A DNA stretch of 64,000 bases from Octopus sinensis (Eukaryota), in contig NC_043011.1 in NCBI RefSeq assembly GCF_006345805.1, forward strand, positions 17,062,464 to 17,126,463, in the 5' to 3' direction. The notes under the pieces were generated by a model. It saw only the letters and a program-made list of their open reading frames with translations, had not been told where the DNA came from and did not search any database. The translations under genes and the position numbers were made by a program. How positions within the stretch are numbered: the first letter of the stretch is position 1; the number at the start of each line of letters is the position of its first letter. Below, piece after piece: positions 50,974 through 64,000 of this stretch.

Positions 50974-51477
50974 CACTTGGGAAATGATTTTGGTTGATGT
51001 GTAGAGAAGGATTAGCTGTAAACTCCACATGCTGTCCCATTGGACATACAAAATGTGTAGCAGAGCTGACAAGCAGACTAACAGAAAATGTAAACTTCAT
51101 ATGCAGCAGATGTATCAGAGTATTACTGTACTATGAGTATGCCAGAAATTTGCTCTCTTTGTTGTTTGGATGGTTCACCAGTAGCAGTTAATAGCTGTCT
51201 GATGGTATGTGTCTTGAGGAAATCCACTCATTTCAGCAAAACTGACTTCTGGATGCACCATGTGTGCATATATTATATATATGTGCACAATTCTGTTTGC
51301 TTTACATCGTATGGAGACTTGTTCAAATGCTTGTATTGAAAAATTTCAGCTAGATATTTTTGTGGATGTGTGTGTGTGTATATATATGTGTGTGTGTATA
51401 TGTATGTATGTGTGTATATATATATATATATATATTTATTTATTTATCTGTATTTATATATAAGTATATAGATATAA

Positions 51478-51516
<39 letters not shown>

Positions 51517-53580
51517 TTATTTATCTGTATATATATATCAGTATATAGATATAAGTTTTATATATATATATATATATATATGTATATAAAAGAGAGAGAG
51601 AGAGGGAGAGAGAAGGGAGGGAGGAACATGATATTGATAGATAAAAATAAAAGGGTGTTTACTTTCTTACTACTGACTCCAAGTTAGAATGTTAAATCAG
51701 TAAAATCGGAAAATGAATTGGACATTAAAATCATCATCAAAATTATAGAAAATTTTTTTTCTCTCTCTTACATTCTTTTTTCTTTTTTTCTTTTTAGACT
51801 TTTTTTTTTTTTTACTTTTTTTGTAAAATAAGCTCACTTATATATTATTTCAAGCTAAAATAAACTCTCCGTCCTTTAAGTCTGAAAATATTGCAATCAT
51901 TAAAATGTCTGATTTCCATTTTTCTAAAAATATTTATTTCTCATTCTTCCAATTACGCATTGAAAAATGTACATTTACGATCATTCGCCTCAACAATTGA
52001 TTTTTTCTCCTCTAAAATACCATTTGCAAAAATATTTCGATGACATCTGTGTTCGGATGGAAGAAACTCTTTATTTTAGGGGTGATTTATTTTTTTTTGA
52101 ACAAAAAAAGTTGTCTCCCTTAATCTCTTAACCTTAATTTTTTTTTATTTTTTAAAAATTTCCTATTTTGCAATATTATTTTTAGACAACAATGTGTTAG
52201 TGTTCAATAAAATCTGTTCAGACAACGTAATCAATACCAACAACTTTAGACGCTTTTTATTAAACAGTGATATATTTCCAATGCTATGCAGCATTAATAT
52301 AAGTGTTTTCTCTTTTAGAGGAGTTTGTTGCCATCTGACAGAAATATAAGATATTATCATTCTTCCAATCTTTACCTTTCGTTATTAAATATTTATTAGA
52401 TTCTTTCACCCACACCAACCAACCAAACAACCAACCCCCATACACACGCAAACACACACTCATACATGATTGTGCACGCACATATACTTCATGCCTACTA
52501 CCACCACACACCCCACTCCATCGCTTCCTGATAGCTTCCAGGAACATGACGTATAAATATCATTTTGTTTTTCATTTGATTTTATCCAAAGTAAAAGTAA
52601 AACAAAATAATATGAAATATATGCTGCCCTCCCTCTTTCTCTCTATATTATATATATATATATGTGTGTGTATATATATATATGTGTATGTATGTATATA
52701 TATATATGTGTGTGTGTATGTGTGTGTGTATGTATGTATGTATATATATATGTGTATGTATATATATGTGTATGTATATATATATATGTGTATATATGTC
52801 TATATATAATATATATGTGTGTGTGTATGTATATATATATATATATGTATGTATATATATATATGTTTGTATATATATATGTGTGTATGTATATATATAT
52901 ATGTATATATATATATGTATATGTATGTATGTATATATATATGTACATATACATATATATGTATGTATATATATATGTATGTATATATAAATAAATGTAT
53001 GTATATGTTATGTATGTGCATATGTGTGTGTGTGTATATATATATATATGTGTGTAGACATATTTATATATACACATGCATCCATACATATATACATAAA
53101 CTACATATATACATACATACACACACATGTACATCCATTCAAACTCACACACACGTTTTTATACTTATATATATATATGCATATGAAATATGTACAGCAA
53201 AATAGATGTTTATCCTAAATTTTCAAAGATTTTCATCAATATTATTTCCAATAAAACAGATTTAATAAAAGTAACATTACTCTCATTCCCTCCATTTAGC
53301 CCACACCTACATTGTGAACAGCAGAATTTTCCTCTTTATTTTTCTTTTTTTTTCCTCTATTTTTGTTCTGTGCCCTTTGTTTATCCTCATATAACTTCCT
53401 CTTCCAGTTTCACTATCATAGTTTAATGGACTTTTGGGTGTGTCTGACTATACTTGATGTAAATGTTTCCAGCATGTAAATGCTGTTGTAGTTATTGATT
53501 AGCCATAGATTAAAACAGCTCTAATCAAGAAGACCAAAAATTCAAGTGTTTCTTGCCATGACCATTTTTTATTTTTTCAG

Positions 53581-53620
53581 ATATACTAATTATTACCAAG
53601 ACTTCATCACCCAAGGAACT
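53581..53620 (+). CDS. Candidate 40-nt exon (phase 2-0)
   Basis: ttttattttttcag|...GAACT|gtgagt; YTNYYQDFITQGT. Confidence 0.4.
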
Positions 53621-53710
53621 GTGAGTATTATTTCTTAGCTATTTTTTAGCAAAGTAAGTGATCATACTAAGGCTCCCTCAATTTATGATGTAATTATCAT
53701 ATCTATATGT

Positions 53711-54160
53711 GACCTCCTTCGGTCATGAATGACCATGGAATTGCACCTAGAAAGTTACCTTACGAGGTACAAGTCTGGGCAAGGTTGTTTATGGAAGGCA
53801 AGCAGTCGCCCATGCATACCAGCCTCCCCTCACCATGCCACCGATGTTATCCAAGGGAAAGGTAAAGGCCAATACAGCTTGGCACCAGTGACATCACAGT
53901 TCATTTATTAACGTGCAAGTGGCTGAGCACTCCACAGACACGTGTACCCTTAACGTAGTTCTCGGGGAGATTCAGTGTGACACAGAGTGTGACAAGGCTG
54001 GCCCTTTGAAATACAGGTACAACAGAAACAGGAAGAAAGAGTGAGAGAAAGTTGTGGTGAAAGAGTACAGCAGGGTTCACCCCCCCCCCCTTCCCCCTGC
54101 TGGGGCCTCGTGGAGCTTTAGGTGTTTTCGCTCAATAAACACTCACAATGCCCAGTCTGG
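53711..54160 (-). mobile_element. Mosaic SINE (F/D/E), 5'-truncated
   Basis: Same junctions as 1749-2254. Confidence 0.85.
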
Positions 54161-54609
54161 TATGCATTGTGCAACTGCTGGTTTTCTATTAAACAGCTTT
54201 GGAGGGGATCCTTCTAGGTGCAATCCCTTGGCCACTTATGATCAAAGGTGGTCTTTACCCTTTATATGTAATGGCTTATAGTTTTCACTCAGTGTTGTTC
54301 TACCTTTGCAATGATTAACTGGTTTCTTTCAGTGTTAATGCTCTCCTCTATTGTGCTCAAGCTAGCAGTTGACACATTCCTGCATCAACTCCTAGCAAAT
54401 GCTAAAACAGTATTTACTTTTTCTTTTAATTTTTCCTTTTTAGTGCTCCATGTAGAACTGCTTCTCTGAATTGAGAGATCACAACCCTGATGCTACAAAC
54501 ATGTGGTAAGAATGTTACAGGGAAGAGTCACTGGACAGGTTTTACAAGCAAAACAACCAGCAAGAGACTGAAACATAGACCATGAGCAAGATGGTTGGAT
54601 ACCAACCAT

Positions 54610-56266
54610 GGGTATTGAACTCATGATTTTATGGCCTAGAGCCAAATACCCTAACTATGTGTCTTCACTAAAAACATAGGATAATGTTTTGTTATATAAG
54701 TGAAATGCAGTATCACCTATAAGATGAACATGTTTACGAATAGCTTGATCGCTGGATCAACACACAAGTGCTTCCTTGATCTATGGATTACATTTACACG
54801 AGTGTTGTCACAACATTATGAACCTACAAGGGGTAGTCCGAGGAATACATTGGGCGAAGTAGTGAGAAAAGATCTTCAGATAGTACCTGATGGAAGGTAT
54901 GCTTGAGTACTTTGCCTCACGTCCTTTCCAAAGATGAGTGGAGGAAGAAGATGAGATGAGGTGAGCTCTTCTTTAACATCATTCTATTCTCTGCAATTTC
55001 TATGTTCTATATTTAAATTCAGAAACTCCTTGCCACATTCTATCCAAACATTATCATCTCTCATACAAAACAAATAAAATTTAAATGACTCTTTTTGTCT
55101 AGAAATCCAATACCCTAGCCATGCTAATTTCAGAACATTCAAATGCCCCAGCTCTAGATGTCAAATTTGTCCCTTTTACCTTATCTCATAGCTTGGGTTC
55201 CCAAGCTTAGGGTACTTCTTTGGTTCAAAGTGGAAATGTTCTTCCTGTGTTGGTACATAGCATTATGTGACAACACACATGGAAATATGGTCCATGGATC
55301 ACATTTGCCTTTACAATGATTTTAACTGACCCTTGAAAGGATTTGCAAAACTCATTGCTGTGATATTAATCATTTCAATTCCATAAGCCAACCAGAAGGC
55401 TTCTACATGATCATTTACTGTGCTAAAAAAAATGGCCAAACTTTCCTTATTTTACACCCTACTATCTTGAAAAGGAAAAGATACATTGCATAAGGAAGTC
55501 TTAGATGAGCAATATGTAAAAGAAGGAAGGGAAGAGTCAAAAGGGAAAGCCTTTAGTCATAGGCTCACTCAAGTCTGATCTGAGGTTAAATAATAATTCC
55601 TTCATAGGCACAAAATTCGTGGGGAGGGCCTAGTCAGTTACATTGATTGGTACTAATTTTATCGACCATGAAAGGATGAATGGCAAAGCTGACCTCTGTA
55701 GAATTTGAACTCAGAATGTAAAAGCAGATGAAATGCTGCTTAGCATTTTGTCTTGCTTGTTACCTTCCTGTGGTTACTTAATGATTTCAGTAACCAAATC
55801 TGCACCTCTACCAAACTTTATCCAATACACTATGAACATAGAAAACTGGCAGTGGCATGAGAGTTCCAGCTGATCCAATCAGCAGAACAGCCTACTTGTG
55901 AAATTGAAATGTGCAACTGGCTGAGTATTCCACAGACACACTTACCCTTAGGGAGATTCAGCTTGACACACAATGTGACAAGGTTGACCCTTTGAAATAC
56001 AGATACTTCTCTGCTTTGAAATCTGAGTGAACTGGAGCACTGAGAAACAACATGCTTTGCTCAAGGATACAACATGCTACTGGGTATTGAACTCATGACT
56101 TTATGACCTAGATCCAAATACTCAAACCACTAAACTACGTGTCTGCACTAAGAACATAGTATTATAGTAAAATGTTTTGTAATATAAGTGAAATACAGTA
56201 TCACCTATAAGATGAACATGCTTGCGAATACATTGGGCAAAGTGGTGAGAAAGGATCTTCAGATGT
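54610..56266. repeat. Local duplication (54610-54890 and 56082-56266)
   Basis: Shared tataagtgaaat.cagtatcacctataagatgaacatg and gaatacattgggc.aagt.gtgagaaa.gatcttcaga. Confidence 0.8.
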
Positions 56267-56743
56267 TGGGCCTCACAGAGCGGAATGACAAGGGATTGAG
56301 ACTTACAGTGGTTTGTTGTGCTTGAGAAGACACACAAAGCTAAGTAAAGTCATGGTTGTTCTAGCATACAGGCATGTACCCAGCATTCCTCTTCAGCTGA
56401 GTGATCTTAATCTTGTGAGCTTTTGGGTGCCACTGCTATGTAATAAGCACCTGTGGTGGTGCCACATAAAAGCACACAGTACACAATGTAAAGTAGTTGG
56501 CATTAGGTAGGGCATCTAGCTGTAGAAACTATCCCAAAACAGACACAGAGCCTAGGCAGATCTTCAGCTGGCCAGCTTCTCTCAAACCGTCCAACCCATG
56601 CCAGCATGGAGAATGGACATTAAGTGATGAGGATGATGATGATGATGTTACTATCTTACTATACCTTCTTCCCTACAGCCATAAATAAGCTTTACTTTCA
56701 ACTAGATTATGATATCTTACACTCTGTCACCATAGTATGCTGA

Positions 56744-57074
56744 GACCCCCTTCGGTCACGACACAGACCATGGGATTGCATCTAGAAAATTACCCTCCCA
56801 GGCACAAGTCCAGACAAGGTTGTTTATGGAAGACCAGCAGTCGCCCATGCATACCAGCCTCCCCTCTGCACACCAACAGTGTTATCCAAGGGAAAGACAA
56901 AAGCTGATACAGCTTGGCACCTGTGACGTCGCAACTCATTTCTACAGCTGAGTGAACTGGAGCAACGTGAAATAAAGTGTCTTGCTCAAGAACACAACAC
57001 ACAGCCCAGTCCACGATTCGAACACACAACCTCACGATCGTAAACTTGACGTCCTAACCACTGAGCCATGCCCC
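56744..57074 (-). mobile_element. SINE family E, full length
   Basis: tRNA-like head ggcatggctcagtggttagg...gttcgaatc. Confidence 0.85.
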
Positions 57075-57714
57075 TTCACATAGTATACTTTACTTCTTAC
57101 CACCTTACTGTTTATCATACCTTGATCTCTTCTATTTTAAAATACCTTTCACTTTACCACCTTATGATGCCCCCTCCATATCATCTTTTCATATCTTACA
57201 CCTTGCCATCTTATTACATCCTTACCACCAATTCACAGCTCACTTCCTATACCTTGCTATATCTTGCTCACTACCTTTTTACTTCATACTTGTCTTCCAT
57301 GCCTTGTTCCAGAACCTCTTCTTGTATCTTACTATCACATTTCTCTGCCCTGCTCCTTTCCACTTCACGTCACTTTGCCCTAACATTTTACTAGACTTTG
57401 CTCCTAACTGAACCTTACTTACTCTATTCTCAACCTGCGATTCTCTTCCTTTGATATTACGCTTTCCTTACTTCTTCTATCTTCAATCACAGTGGTACTA
57501 CACAATATAGAGATTCTACACAGATTACCTCCTGTCATTCTCTGAGGAGCATTGCTCTAAACATGAGAATTATCCTCTTGTTGCACAATCACTTTATCTA
57601 TTTTCTAAACGTCATTTCACTGTTTTAATGTTTCCTGTTTTATACTGCCATAGAGTACTTGCTTTTATAGAGGACATTCCCTGTATCAATCTCTATGATC
57701 TATTTACTTCACAG

Positions 57715-57865
57715 ATCATTGTGAACCATGGCTTATCTAACTTCTTAACAGAATATCATCTTTGCTATATCAGTTTTGTTTTATCAATATTATTATGTAT
57801 CCAAGTCGATACATCTTTGAGAAAGCACAAAGAAAGTTTCTTAGCTGCTGTTTCCTTTCCCCAGG
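57715..57865 (+). CDS. Candidate exon (phase 0-1)
   Basis: tatttacttcacag|; only open frame is IIVNHGLSNFLTEYHLCYISFVLSILLCIQVDTSLRKHKESFLAAVSFPQ; weak donor |gttact. Confidence 0.3.
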
Positions 57866-58469
57866 GTTACTTGAAATTAATCTGTCTCCAGGGTTTCATA
57901 CAACATCTAAGAAAATTTATCACCTACATTCTTACAGCTGTCATGGGCTTTAAATATTTAGTTGCCCTTCCTTCCTTTATGTACATATATAAAAGCTTTG
58001 AAATCATTCTAAACTCTAATTCTCATCACAATGATTTCAGAGACCAAAATAAAATTGATTACCAAGGAAGTAACCTTAACTTTAAGATTAAACGCTCCAA
58101 TGAGTGTCATGTTTTCCTAAACCCTTGCTTTAAACTCTTGACATGAGCAAGTCATTAATCCTTCTCTAAATTGATGTTGTCTCTATAGTACAAGACATTG
58201 GCTCTTTCCAAAGTAACAAACCACTTAAACAACTCTTGTTACCCTCACCCCTTCTGATAACCACTAAGTTCACATATGTCTCTATGATAAACATTTTCTC
58301 ACAAATCTCTTCGATTCCTTTCTTCAAAGAACCCATCTTAAAAATTGTATTTTATGGCTTTGCAGTGACATGGGTTGTGAGGAATTGGATAGAATAATGC
58401 ATAAAGTAACTTATCCTATCTTTAAATCTTACTTTTCTCTTTCTTTAATTCTTCTTGTAATTTCTTCAG

Positions 58470-58657
58470 TTCCAAGATTTTTGCAAGATTATGGGCTATC
58501 ATTGTTTGGATTTCATTTCCAACCAAAGAATCAACACAAAAGTTGGAATGTGTTATTGTATGATTATGAACATCAGCTTGAGCTGTTTGTTCATGTTGCT
58601 CAGTTTTTCGAATTGGAGCTTGTGTGCTGTGTTCTCTTCTCTGAGAATCCAGTTAGG
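58470..58657 (+). CDS. Candidate exon (phase 1-0)
   Basis: Long pyrimidine tract ...tttcttcag|; VPRFLQDYGLSLFGFHFQPKNQHKSWNVLLYDYEHQLELFVHVAQFFELELVCCVLFSENPVR; AGG|gtaact. Confidence 0.45.
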
Positions 58658-59702
58658 GTAACTATTTGTGTTGGTTAGCTACATGCCTCATAGACATGGT
58701 AAATGAGAAAGTATTTCATAGAAATAGGAACTGACTGGGATACTGGTTGGAATGACTAGAACACTACCCAAGATGACCCAAGCAAAATACTGACAAATGG
58801 TGGATGAACAAATGTGTTGCGATAACTCATGCCACCATATCTATGCTCTTCTACAGAAAGGGACACAGAAAAAACAAGGAGAGAAACAAGGAGAGAAAAA
58901 AAGGAGAAAAAAATGTGTGTAGTGGCTAACGATCTATCATGGTGACATATATTTGCGTGTGTGGTTGTGTATTTATATCTATATTTGTCCCCCACCATAC
59001 TGCTTGCCAACTGGTGTTGGTTTGTGTATGTCCCCATAATTTAGCAGTTCACAAAATAAAAAATAAAATAAATAAATAAAATATGAGAATAAGTACCATA
59101 CTAAAAATATAAGTCCTAAACATTTCAATGTTTCAACATGACCCCTATCTACTGGCTGAAACAACTAAAAGGGTAAAAATACCAGATTAAATATTTCACT
59201 GTAGTCTTTTTGCCTTTCAGTATTCTGGGTTCAAATCACACCTGCATTGTGCATTTTCGTTTATTCTCTTTGAACTTAATAAAAGAAATACCAGTAATAA
59301 TCTCTGGTTAATTTAGTCTCTACAGAAGTAAGCCTCATCTCTAGTCAAACTGTAGTTAATATTTTGGTGTTGCATAAGTTGGAGAACTGGCAGAGTCAGT
59401 ATACTGGGCAAAATGTTTAGTGGCATTTCGTCTGTCTTTAGATTCTTCTTTTAAATTTTCTGAGGTCGGCTTTATCTTTCATCCTTTCAAGGTTGTTAAA
59501 ATGAGTAGCAGTTGATCACTGAGGCCAATGTAATTGACTCACACCCCCAAATTTGCTAGACTTGTGCCAAAATTCTTAATCAATATTTTGGTGCTGCTCA
59601 TGGTAGGAAAGACATGGATATGTGGTAAGAAGCTTGCTTCACAACCACATGGGTTTGGGTTCCATCCTGAAGCACAGTGGTCATGTTGGGAAATGCATTG
59701 TA

Positions 59703-60260
59703 TGAGATTGTCTGGAAAGTTCGTGCCAATTTATAGTAGCTTACCTTTTGACTTATTTTATGAGTCCATAAAATAGGATTTCACTACACCTCCATTTAGA
59801 GCACAGTTTAAGCTATCTTTTCATGGAAGAAGGTTTATGTTCCTATAAACTGTGTTAATTTTGTAACCCTTTAAAATGGAAGACAAGAAAGTTCATTTTC
59901 GGCACTTGATGCTTTGAGAACCAGACAAAAATTGCTGCAGCTCGGCTGGGATGTGTAACTCAACCCTCCATATTCACCAGATATTGCTTTTTCAGATTTA
60001 CACTCATTCAGGTTTCTGCAGAATAATCTTAATGGTAAAAAATTTCAATTCCTTGGATGATGTAAAAAGATACCTTGATGAATTCTTTGCCTTGAAACCA
60101 CCCCAATTCTGAGAAGAGGGTATTTTTAAGCTAAAGTAAAGATGGAGACACATTGTGCAACAAAGTGGTTCATATTTGATTGATTAAAAATGTAATGGTA
60201 AGTATTTAATGACCTTTTTCTTTCCTTTAAAAATCGGCACAAACTTTCTGGACAACTCAA
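59703..60260 (+). mobile_element. Internally deleted mariner transposon
   Basis: ~30-bp TIRs flanked by TA; MEDKKVHFRHLML joined to RQKLLQLGWDV*LNPPYSPDIAFSD (mariner YSPDLAPSD motif). Confidence 0.9.
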
Positions 60261-60879
60261 TATTATTTTTGAAAAATATGCAGGAGAAAAAAAAAATGAA
60301 ATTAGTTATTGTAAGTAAAGATGCCAAAAATATTTGTATAAATTGCAAAACTGATTTTTTTTATATCTGATTAGTCAATCTCATAAATTTTCATTGCAAC
60401 CAAATATAAGCACCAATAAAATAAATTTTAGAAAGAAATGTAGTATCACAAAATATTTTGAGATTAACAAATACTTTTCTCATCAGAGTTATTGTGTTAG
60501 TAGGGTGCAGATAGTCTCTTAGTTATTGTAGTATATATATCAAGATTAGACCATTATTAGTTATGTACATATAGTTATTAGTTTTGTGTACATATATAAA
60601 AGCTTGAATTCATTCTAAATACTAATTCTCATCACAATGATTTCAGAGACCAAAATAAAATTGATTACCAAGGAAGTAACCCCTAACTTGAAAATTAAAT
60701 GCTCCAATGAGTGTCATGTTTTCCTAAACCCTTGCTTTAAACATGAATCTCTCTTTCTCTCTCTGTCTGTCTCTCTCTCTCTCAAAATGTTACCTTTGTT
60801 GCTTAGCCCCAAATCAGTTCTATGTGTGTTTTTACTCTAGCCCCATGCAAATGTCTTTTGCTTCTTTTTTTTTTTCCTC

Positions 60880-61065
60880 TTTTTCTTCTCTGGAAGCAAT
60901 CTACTCGTGATACCAAAGGGTGCACACTTTCCTACCCTGATGTAATCTCCAGGGATACAGGTATCCAGCAACGGGACCTCCATAATACTATGTTGGACCA
61001 TGAAGTCTGCGTAGCATAGTAAATTCCATTGTCTCGACCACGGTTGAACAATGATGATGATGATG
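60880..61065 (+). mobile_element. Short RTE 3' end, same family as 10203
   Basis: LLWKQSTRDTKGCTLSYPDVISRDTG plus (GAT)n. Confidence 0.9.
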
Positions 61066-61069
61066 TCTT

Positions 61070-61878
61070 TTGCTATAGATCCAAGCCAACCAAACCCTTG
61101 TGAGTGGATTTGGTAGACAGAAACTGAAAGAAACATTTCATATATTAATATGTTTGTGTGAGTGTGTCTGTTTGTGTTTGTTCCCCACCACCACCACTTG
61201 ACAACCGGCGTTGGTTTGTTTATGTCCCTGTACTTTAGTGGTTTAGCAGAAAAGACCTATAAACTGAAAAATAAGAACTAGGGTCAATTTGTTTAGCTAT
61301 AACCCTTTAAAGCAGTGCAATGGCATGGCCACAGTCCAGTGACTGAAATATATAATTAAAAGGATAAGAGATACTAAAATAAGAACTTTTGCAAGAATTG
61401 TCTTTTCAGAATAATCGTTTGAGTATTCTTAAAATCCTGACAAACAACTTTATTTCAGTTAAAATGATTTGTTTTTATCTTTTTATCTTTTACTTGTTTC
61501 AGTCATAAGACTGTGGCCATGCTGGGGCACTGCCTTGAAGAATGTTTTTTGTTAAATGAATTTATCTCAGGACTTATTTTTTAAAGCCTGGTACTTATTC
61601 TATCAGTGTTATTTGCTGAGCCACTAAATTATAGGGATGTAAACAAACCAATATCAGTTGTTAGACAGTGGCAAAAACAAAATCTTGTGCGCGTGCGCAC
61701 GCACACACACACACACGTACATGTGACAGCTATCTTTCAGTTTCTGCTCACAAAATCTACTCAGAAGTGTTTCGTTGACCCAATGCTATAGTCGAAGACA
61801 TTTGTCCAAGGTGCTATGCAGTGGGACCGAACCTAGAACCATGTGGTAAGAAAGCAAGCATCTTGCTACAAAGCCATG
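61070..61878. mobile_element. Two family A SINEs, tail-to-tail (61070-61370 +, 61475-61878 -)
   Basis: Match family A. Confidence 0.8.
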
Positions 61879-61937
61879 GAAGAGACTTTCATAATTTCAC
61901 GTACTAAATGAAAGTTTGTAAATGCTACAAAATTCCT

Positions 61938-62271
61938 CGAAAGGATGAAAGGCAAAGTCGACCTCAGCGGAATTTGAGCTCAGAATGTAAAGACAGATGA
62001 AATACGCTTAGTATTTTGCCTGGCATGATAACGTTTCTTATTTCTTTATTGCCCTCAAGGGTCTAAACATAGAGGTGACAAACAAGGACAGACAAAGGGA
62101 TTAAGTCAATTACATCAACCCCAGTGTGTAACTGGTACTTAATTTATCAGCCCTGAAAGGATGAAAAGCAAAGTCGACCTCAGCGGAATTTGAACTTAGA
62201 ATGTAACGGCAGACAAAATACGGCTACACATTTCGCCTGGCGTGCTAACGATTCTGCCAGCTCGCTGCCTT
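61938..62271 (-). mobile_element. SINE family C with a partial second unit
   Basis: Junction aaagaaata|agaaacgtta. Confidence 0.85.
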
Positions 62272-62660
62272 AAAATGAAGGAGTGGAGTTATTCTGGAGT
62301 CAGAAAGTTAGCTTGAATGCTTGCAACAAAATAAACTTTTGAATGGACATAAGGACCAGAAGGTGGTGTTAAGTCAGGCAACAATTAAGTCTGCTATGGA
62401 GAAGGAGAAGGAAAAGAAAGAGAAGAGTAACAAAAAAATCAAGGAAGAGAAAATTAAGTTGAGATGGCTGTAGATGGTACATATTTGCTTATAGATCCAC
62501 ATAGAGCTGATCTGGGGCTAAAAAAACAAGGGTAACATATTTACATAAAGTGAGAGAGAGGGAGAGAAATTCATGTTATCTTATGGTGGGAGAATAGGGA
62601 ACTATACCACCTTGAGTGCAATCCCCAAAGAAGCTGGCTATTGATAGAGAGATCAATGAA

Positions 62661-62886
62661 TTTTACTCTTTTACTCTTTTACTTGTTTCAGTCATTTGAC
62701 TGTGGCCATGCTGGAGCACCACCTTTAGTCGAGCAAATCGACCCCGGGACTTATTCTTTGTAAGCCCAGTACTTATTCTATCGGTCTCTTTTGCCGAACT
62801 GCTAAGTGACGGGGACGTAAACACACCAGCATCGGTTGTCAAGCAATGCTAGGGGGATAAACACAGACACACAAACACACACACAT

Positions 62887-62917
<31 letters not shown>

Positions 62918-63077
62918 CATACGACAGGCTTGTTTCAGTTTCCATCTACCAAATCCACTCACAAGGCATTGGTCGGCCCGGGGCTATAGCAGAAGACACT
63001 TGCCCAAGATGCAACGCAGTGGGACTGAACCCGGAACCATGTGGTTCGTTAGCAAGCTACTTACCACACAGCCACTC
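62661..63077 (-). mobile_element. SINE family A, young copy
   Basis: (GAGTAAAA)n tail; close to 16298-16703. Confidence 0.9.
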
Positions 63078-63380
63078 AAACAAGATTCTTAACCAAGAAT
63101 GGTTCAATCATGGTATATACTACAATAATTAAGAGAGTATTTGTGCCCTAATAACACGATAACTCTGGTGAGAAAAATATTTGTTAATCTCAAAATATTT
63201 TGTGGCTCTACGTTTCCTTCTAAAACTTATTTTATTGGTGCTTATATTTGGTTGCGAAGAAAATTTATATCGACTAATCAGATAAAAAAAATTAGTTTTG
63301 CAATTTATACAAATATTTTTGGCAACTTTACTTATAATAGCTAATTTAATATTTTTTTTTCTTCTTTTTCTCTTGCACAG

Positions 63381-63778
63381 TTTTCAAAAATAACATGATG
63401 TACTTCCCAACCAACAACAATTAGTTCTGATAAGAACTATATATTGAATATACAGAATCAGAACGTTTCAATTTTACTGTAGATGGCAAAAACAACAATA
63501 CCACAGATGCCTGTAGCTGTGGAAAGGAAATTGAAAATAAAGAATTCTTCATAAACAATTAGACTTGTGATTGCCATGCTATAAATACCACCAGAATTTT
63601 TCCAGACCCGCTCAAATATCAGATAGAAAATGAAACACTGTGACTTTTCTTTTAATATATATTTTTCTGCTGTGTTCCCTTTAGCAAAAATACACCATTG
63701 GCAAGGTAATGGCAGCAGCAAAAAGTTGCTTGTTCATCAGCATAAGTGATGTGAGCCACAGTTTGGAGAATGGCTCAG
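63381..63778 (+). pseudogene. Candidate decayed exon of a glycoprotein
   Basis: Very strong acceptor (~25 pyrimidines, then gcacag|) and CAG|gtaaac donor; one frame is rich in N-x-T sequons and Cys but has in-frame stops. Confidence 0.35.
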
Positions 63779-64000
63779 GTAAACATATTCTTAGATTCAT
63801 ATTTATTTGTTTTAGTCTTTAGACTGCATCCATGGTGAAGCACCAACTTGAGTGATTCAGTTGAACCAATTAGCCTTAGTATATATACTCTTTACACTTA
63901 CTATTTTACTTGTTTCAGTCCTGTGACTGTGGCCATGCTGGAGTACTGCCTGTAATCGAACCATCCAGACCATGTCAACATGAACAATGGACATTAAATG

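Overview
This is AT-rich eukaryotic (metazoan) genomic DNA, extremely dense in microsatellites and transposon relics. The SINE repertoire matches what I recall for octopus (coleoid cephalopod) genomes; that assignment is inference, not a database result. Almost all supplied ORFs are artefacts of (TA)n/(CA)n/(AAT)n repeats or SINEs. The window holds about 6 SINE families (labelled A-F here, plus a mosaic), 5'-truncated RTE and L1/Tx1 LINEs, Penelope-like remnants, mariner/hAT/piggyBac non-autonomous elements, Helitrons and two solo LTRs. No intact known gene is recognisable. There are candidate exons of an unnamed + strand gene, with a signal-peptide-like exon at 21926 and a stop-interrupted, N-glycosylation-rich exon at 63381, and weaker candidate exons on the - strand. 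The most notable structures are: (1) seven GG-ended, 8-bp-TSD (Merlin-like) MITEs clustered in 13.8-23.5 kb, several carrying CCCTAA telomere-type repeats; (2) a ~98% perfect 474-bp palindrome with a minimal hammerhead-ribozyme-like motif on each strand; (3) a three-family mosaic SINE present twice; (4) several long fold-back structures. Boundaries of degenerate repeats are approximate.
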